Of a DNA stretch of 64,000 nucleotides, positions 59,616 through 64,000 are shown one piece after another. The stretch is taken from the NCBI GenBank assembly GCA_046593165.1, contig JBKJRW010000094.1, positions 24,217-88,216 of the forward strand, given 5' to 3'. Numbering within the stretch: position 1 is the first letter of the stretch; each line of letters opens with the position of its first letter. Position numbers and translations under genes: made by a program. The DNA comes from Gemmatimonadaceae bacterium. Its GTDB lineage: Bacteria; Gemmatimonadota; Gemmatimonadetes; Gemmatimonadales; Gemmatimonadaceae. The notes beneath the pieces were generated by a model, which was not told where the DNA came from, made no database searches, and worked only from the letters and a program-made list of their open reading frames with translations.

Positions 59616-61409
59616 ATGCAGAAAAAAAACCTGTTGGTAATCGCGGCCGCCGTACTGGCTGCGTGTACTCCCGCCGCCACGACCCCTACAGTCGGCCGCC
59701 CGGCGCCGACGAACCGGGCTGGCTGGGCCGATTCGGTGCTTTCGCGCCTCACGCTCCGGGAGAAAGTGGCGCAAATGGTCTGGCCCACGGTGCTGGGGGA
59801 TTACACGGCGGGCGACTCCCCACAGTGGCAGCGTCTCACCGATAATATCCGGAAGGAAAAAGTCGGCGGGTTCACCATCTCGGTTGGGTCCCCGACAGAG
59901 CTGGCGGCGAAGCTGAACGCCATGCAATCGATGAGTTCCGTGCCGCTCATCTTCGGCGCCGACCTCGAAGCGGGCGCAGGGTTCCGGGCGCGCGGCGGCT
60001 ATTTCATTCCCAACGCGATCGATCTGGGCGGAGCGGTGGTTTTTCCGCCCGAGATGGCGATCGGAGCAACTGGCGACGCGACACTTGCCTACGAGCAGGG
60101 CAGACTGACTGCGCTGGAGGGGCGGGCACTCGGCATCCACATCGCATACGCGCCAGTACTGGACGTCAATAACAACCCGTCCAACCCGGTCATCAACACG
60201 CGTTCCTACGGTGAGGATCCGTCGATGGCGGCAAAGCTGGGCGCAGCATTCATCCGTGGTCTACAGGAGCACGGGATGATGGCGACCGGCAAGCATTTCC
60301 CGGGTCACGGCGACACGGGGATCAACTCGCATCTGGCGCTTCCTGTCGTCACAGTGAGCCGAAGCAGGCTCGATAGTGTCGAATTGGTACCATTTCGCGA
60401 AGCGATCAGGAGTGGGGTGGGGGCGATCATGACGTTCCACGGAGCGATGCCGGCGCTGGATGCTTCCGGAGTTCCGGGAACGCTTTCGGGAAAGGTGTTG
60501 ACGGATCTGCTGCGCACTGAGTTGGGGTTCAAAGGCATCATCATTTCCGATGCGATGGACATGGCAGGCGTGCTCAACCAGTACGGGTCGGCAGAGGCCG
60601 TCAAGCGAGCCGTCGCGGCGGGGGTGGACATCCTCATTCAGCCACTCGAAGTCACTCAAACGATTGACGCTGTAGTGGCCGGGGTAGCCGAAGGGAGGTA
60701 TACGGAGGCGCGGCTGAACGAGTCGGTGCGCCGTATTCTCGAGGCCAAACAGAGTCTGGGGCTTGAGCGCCGGAAGCTGGTGAACCTCGATTCGCTCCGG
60801 TTCCGGGTGGGCGATAGCTCGCACCTGGCGGTGGCGCGGCAAATTGGCGAGAAATCGATCACGCTGGTGAAGGATTCGCTCGGTCAGCTTCCTCTGGTTG
60901 TGAGCGCCAGTCCTCGCGTTCTCTCGGTAACGGTGGGGCGTCGGAGCGACCTTGCTGCCGGCGTTGCGTTCAACGGCGAGCTTCGCGGAGGCATTCGGAA
61001 TCTACGTGCAGAGTTTCTCGCGGCCGAGGATCCGACGGCTGACTATGGTCGCCTCGAGCGGCTGGCTGATTCCGTCGATGTAACGATTGTGAGTTCCTAT
61101 GTTGGGCAGAACTGGGAAGCGGTGTCGGCTAGTGCGCCGCAGGCGTTTGCGACATTTGTACAGCGTTTGACGACGAAGGGAAAGCGCCCGATCGTGGTCA
61201 GTTTCGGCAACCCGTATCTGCTGCAGCAGGTTCCATCTGTCGCAGCGTATGTCGTGGCGTGGGGCGGATTTCCGCCGTCTCAGGTCGCGGCAGCGCGAGC
61301 CCTGTTGGGCAGGCAGGAAGTCACAGGAACGCTTCCGATATCGATTCCACTGGAGACCCGGACGGTGCCTCGTGGTACGGGAATCAGCAAGGCTGCGGGG
61401 CAACGATAG
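59616..61409 (+). CDS. GH3 beta-N-acetylhexosaminidase-type lipoprotein
   Basis: Lipobox LAAC; RSYGED, KHFPGHG, SDAMDM, GNPY. Confidence 0.94.
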   Translation: MQKKNLLVIAAAVLAACTPAATTPTVGRPAPTNRAGWADSVLSRLTLREKVAQMVWPTVLGDYTAGDSPQWQRLTDNIRKEKVGGFTISVGSPTELAAKLNAMQSMSSVPLIFGADLEAGAGFRARGGYFIPNAIDLGGAVVFPPEMAIGATGDATLAYEQGRLTALEGRALGIHIAYAPVLDVNNNPSNPVINTRSYGEDPSMAAKLGAAFIRGLQEHGMMATGKHFPGHGDTGINSHLALPVVTVSRSRLDSVELVPFREAIRSGVGAIMTFHGAMPALDASGVPGTLSGKVLTDLLRTELGFKGIIISDAMDMAGVLNQYGSAEAVKRAVAAGVDILIQPLEVTQTIDAVVAGVAEGRYTEARLNESVRRILEAKQSLGLERRKLVNLDSLRFRVGDSSHLAVARQIGEKSITLVKDSLGQLPLVVSASPRVLSVTVGRRSDLAAGVAFNGELRGGIRNLRAEFLAAEDPTADYGRLERLADSVDVTIVSSYVGQNWEAVSASAPQAFATFVQRLTTKGKRPIVVSFGNPYLLQQVPSVAAYVVAWGGFPPSQVAAARALLGRQEVTGTLPISIPLETRTVPRGTGISKAAGQR

Positions 61410-61511
61410 GCACACGTTGCGGTTGACTCGCTCTCCGGAAACCCATATATAGTTCTTCCCTCCTCATCGCTATTAATTAGCGACTTGCTACCAAGCACAT
61501 CGGGTATTGAC

Positions 61512-61534
61512 ATTAGTCACAGAACGTGACTAAT
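61512..61534. promoter_or_regulatory. Perfect 9-5-9 palindromic operator over the NrtR-like promoter
   Basis: ATTAGTCAC-AGAAC-GTGACTAAT directly after TTGACA (61507-61512). Confidence 0.8.
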
Positions 61535-61543
61535 TCGCGGTAC

Positions 61544-62218
61544 ATGTCTGACCGCCGAGTTCGCAAGCCACCCCATACGATCGACCTGGTACTACTGACT
61601 GCAGTAGCCGGCAAGCTCGCGGTGCTACTCTGCCGTTCGCCCGAAGGCCGTGAAAAGTGGATGCTGCCGTGGGACGCGCCGCGACCCAACGAGCCGATGG
61701 AGAGTTCGGCGACACGGATTGCCAGGACGGCCGGAACCGTTGACCCGGCGTGGCTCGAACAGATTGGCGCCTTCGGGGATTCAAAGCGACATCCGGCCGA
61801 GTCGGACATATCGGTTGCGTACGCCGGGCTGGTTCCCATGGGGACCCCTTCGCCGATAGGCGGGGTATATGCCTGGTTTCCGGTGCGTGAGGTTCCGCAG
61901 CTTGCCCCAAGGCACCGACTGATCCTCGACGCCGCAGTGGGCATGATCCGCGAGCGCATGGATCAGTCTCCGGTGGCCTTCAGGCTTTTACCTCACATGT
62001 TTACGCTGACCGAGCTTCAGCAGATGTACGAACTGCTGTTGGCCAAGAGGCTGCACAAGGCAAGTTTTCGACGGGCGCTGCAGGCGGCCTGGCTCGTGGA
62101 GCCAACCGACGAGTGGCGCGGGGAAGGGCGGGGGAGGCCGGCCCAGCTTTACAGATATGCTCCGAGGAAACGCCGGCCGGCACAACGGGGTATCAGACTG
62201 GACCTTCTATCGTCCTAG
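61544..62218 (+). CDS. NrtR-family regulator (degenerate Nudix + winged HTH)
   Basis: IDLVLLT, WMLP, EQIGAFGD..RHP, FTLTELQQMYE, ASFRR, GRPAQLYR; start 61544 (ATG) or 61526 (GTG). Confidence 0.9.
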   Translation: MSDRRVRKPPHTIDLVLLTAVAGKLAVLLCRSPEGREKWMLPWDAPRPNEPMESSATRIARTAGTVDPAWLEQIGAFGDSKRHPAESDISVAYAGLVPMGTPSPIGGVYAWFPVREVPQLAPRHRLILDAAVGMIRERMDQSPVAFRLLPHMFTLTELQQMYELLLAKRLHKASFRRALQAAWLVEPTDEWRGEGRGRPAQLYRYAPRKRRPAQRGIRLDLLSS

Positions 62219-62342
62219 TAGAACGCGCAGGCAACGTAAAAAGCTTGTACCGGAAATAGAAGGTTACTGGCACATATTGATTTCCGGGTGTATTAGTTGC
62301 AAGGTGTACCTAAGGTTTGACTAGCCTCCCTATCGGAGACCG

Positions 62343-62648
62343 ATGCTCGCATACCTGGACAGCCTCTGCGCTGCACTGTTGGCGAGAGACACATCCGAAA
62401 TAAGGCGGCTCCTGGCCCACCCCATGGCGCAGGACCTGCCTCGGCGCGTCCGGGAAGAAGCCGTCGCGATCTCACGCGCTGGCAGGAGGAGCTTCATCGC
62501 GCCAGTCAATGCCCTCCATCTCTACTACAAGCTGACTCATATGGTGGATGAGTCGAGTGACGCTACCTTCCAAAACGCCTCGCGCAACGACGGGTCTGGA
62601 AAAACGGACCAGCTCGATTTGCCGCTTCGAAAAGTCAGCGCGCGCTGA
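62343..62648 (+). CDS. Hypothetical protein (101 aa)
   Basis: GGAG SD; helical N-terminal part. Confidence 0.65.
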   Translation: MLAYLDSLCAALLARDTSEIRRLLAHPMAQDLPRRVREEAVAISRAGRRSFIAPVNALHLYYKLTHMVDESSDATFQNASRNDGSGKTDQLDLPLRKVSAR

Positions 62649-62846
62649 AGCGCGTTGAGCGCGTAAAAGCGCGCACTCTCGCGCTATACGACCGCGCGCA
62701 GGGAATTCTCCTTCTTCATTCTCGCAGCCCAGATATCGCCACCATCAGCGAATCGTAGCGGCGCGGATTTCGATCGTGAAGGTGCGAAGGTCGGTGACGA
62801 GGTCAGACTAGTGCAGGCAGGTTTTGTGCATTTGGCTTGCACTTGG

Positions 62847-63065
62847 CTAGGCCGCTCCAGCAGCACTGGCAACGTATCTCGCGGTCCGGCCGCAACTTTG
62901 ACAACGGAGAGTCACGTGGGACATAGGAGGCGGCGGATAACGTGTGGGATCTCGCTCGATCGAACCGGAGCAGGATGGACAACTGAGCGGGCCACGTGAG
63001 CGGTCGCTGTTGATCAAGTGAAGTACTTGCGCAGGGTTGTACGTATTTGGACGAGGCTTACGCAT
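62847..63065 (-). CDS. Small zinc-ribbon-like protein (72 aa)
   Basis: GGAGG SD 4 nt before the ATG at 63065; CPSC and CQSC motifs. Confidence 0.72.
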   Translation of the reverse strand: MRKPRPNTYNPAQVLHLINSDRSRGPLSCPSCSGSIERDPTRYPPPPMSHVTLRCQSCGRTARYVASAAGAA

Positions 63066-63158
63066 TGGTCCTCCGGCGGCTCGTGCTCCCATGCCACATC
63101 GGGGAGCATTGGCCTCACTGTTGGAGTCGCTCTGATACGACACGGCAACGGGAAGAAC

Positions 63159-63881
63159 ATGTGGGCGACAGCCCTGGCTCTTCTCATTGCGACATCAATC
63201 GGGTGCGGGCCTCGCGCCCACATTCCAATGCGACCCATCGATTTGCAAGGTGCGCTCTCACGATCAGATAGTGGCGCTATACTGGCGCGCAGTCTCGCTC
63301 CCGTATTGTACCTGCAGCGTGACGAAAGGTTCCCGCTATCCCGGGTGGTGGCCGTTGTCCACCCCACAAAGCCAATCATCGCCTATCACCTGCTGTGGCG
63401 GGACGACGTCAACGGGGCATGGATTCCATTCACAGTCGCTACGGATCAGGAGGTCATCTGGGTCGGCTATGATCCAACGGGTGCCCCAGCCGACGTGTGG
63501 ACTTACTGGCACGGCACCCTGCTACATACGAAGTGGCCCAGGGCGCAGGTTGCGATCAACGTTCAATGGGGAAAGCACGGATCAATGCCGCGCGGCCTGG
63601 TGGAGAGCAGCCTTCCCGGCCCCAAAACCCTCAACTTCTTTTTTGCCGCGACTCGCTTGCTGATTCCAGATCAGTTTCTGTCGCGCTCGATGCGGGGAGG
63701 GCCTGTAACATTTCCATATGGCTATAGGCGCTACCGCGATTTCTCACGCGAATTGCCGATTGCCGAACGACTCGACGCAGTATTTCGGACGGAGAAGCCG
63801 GAGAAGATGCTCGAAGCGGTATTCGGAAGGTATTCGAAGAAACCGAACTGGCCCGCAGGATTACGGGATCAACTCGAGTAG
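63159..63881 (+). CDS. Hypothetical lipoprotein
   Basis: MWATALALLIATSIGC lipobox; YHLLW.DD, D.E..WV and WGKHG motifs. Confidence 0.72.
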   Translation: MWATALALLIATSIGCGPRAHIPMRPIDLQGALSRSDSGAILARSLAPVLYLQRDERFPLSRVVAVVHPTKPIIAYHLLWRDDVNGAWIPFTVATDQEVIWVGYDPTGAPADVWTYWHGTLLHTKWPRAQVAINVQWGKHGSMPRGLVESSLPGPKTLNFFFAATRLLIPDQFLSRSMRGGPVTFPYGYRRYRDFSRELPIAERLDAVFRTEKPEKMLEAVFGRYSKKPNWPAGLRDQLE

Positions 63882-64000
63882 ACGATGTCTCCTTCTGCGT
63901 CGATTCCGATTTCGTGGTGCATGCCGCAGACGCCACAGGTCTTGGTGATATGCCAGACTTCGCCCAGCGCCTCGCGATTGGATTCCGTGGCTGGTTTCAC
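63869..64000 (-). CDS. Small CxxC protein, possibly 5' truncated by window edge
   Basis: VKPATESNREALGEVWHITKTCGVCGMHHEIGIDAEGDIVYSS*. Confidence 0.5.
   Translation of the reverse strand: MKPATESNREALGEVWHITKTCGVCGMHHEIGIDAEGDIVYSS

Noticed and set aside
62250-62287. CCGGAAAT/ATTTCCGG inverted repeat
   Set aside because: 8-bp arms with a 22-nt loop, and no recognisable RNA or operator family

Overview
Origin-proximal bacterial chromosomal segment. It is probably from the Gemmatimonadota, inferred from recalled gene neighbourhoods and not from a search. The window begins with the 3' end of dnaN and contains RNase P RNA, pyrE, polA, a BMP-type ABC transporter operon with an embedded Nif3 gene, parAB with two parS sites, mnmG, murB, a complete nine-gene his operon, ispG, cspA and an argHG/argRCBD cluster. 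I saw no tRNA, rRNA, CRISPR array, prophage, IS element or defence island, and no obviously new multi-gene system. The most interesting signals are regulatory or are altered versions of known proteins: (1) an apparently leaderless His-rich leader peptide with competing antiterminator/terminator helices; (2) a kinase-dead, Tyr-less Wzc-like protein coupled to fRMsr and a (p)ppGpp-hydrolase-like HD protein; (3) a perfect Rex/CRP-type box before a blue-copper lipoprotein; (4) an NrtR-like regulator with a perfect 9-5-9 operator over its own promoter; (5) PolA lacking both Exo I carboxylates; (6) a fourU-like element in the cspA leader; (7) a histone-H1-like pentapeptide-repeat protein; (8) a YggX homologue with two CxxC motifs; (9) tandem ARG boxes; (10) recurrent leaderless start signatures. 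Start codons that differ from the ORF track are my own calls.
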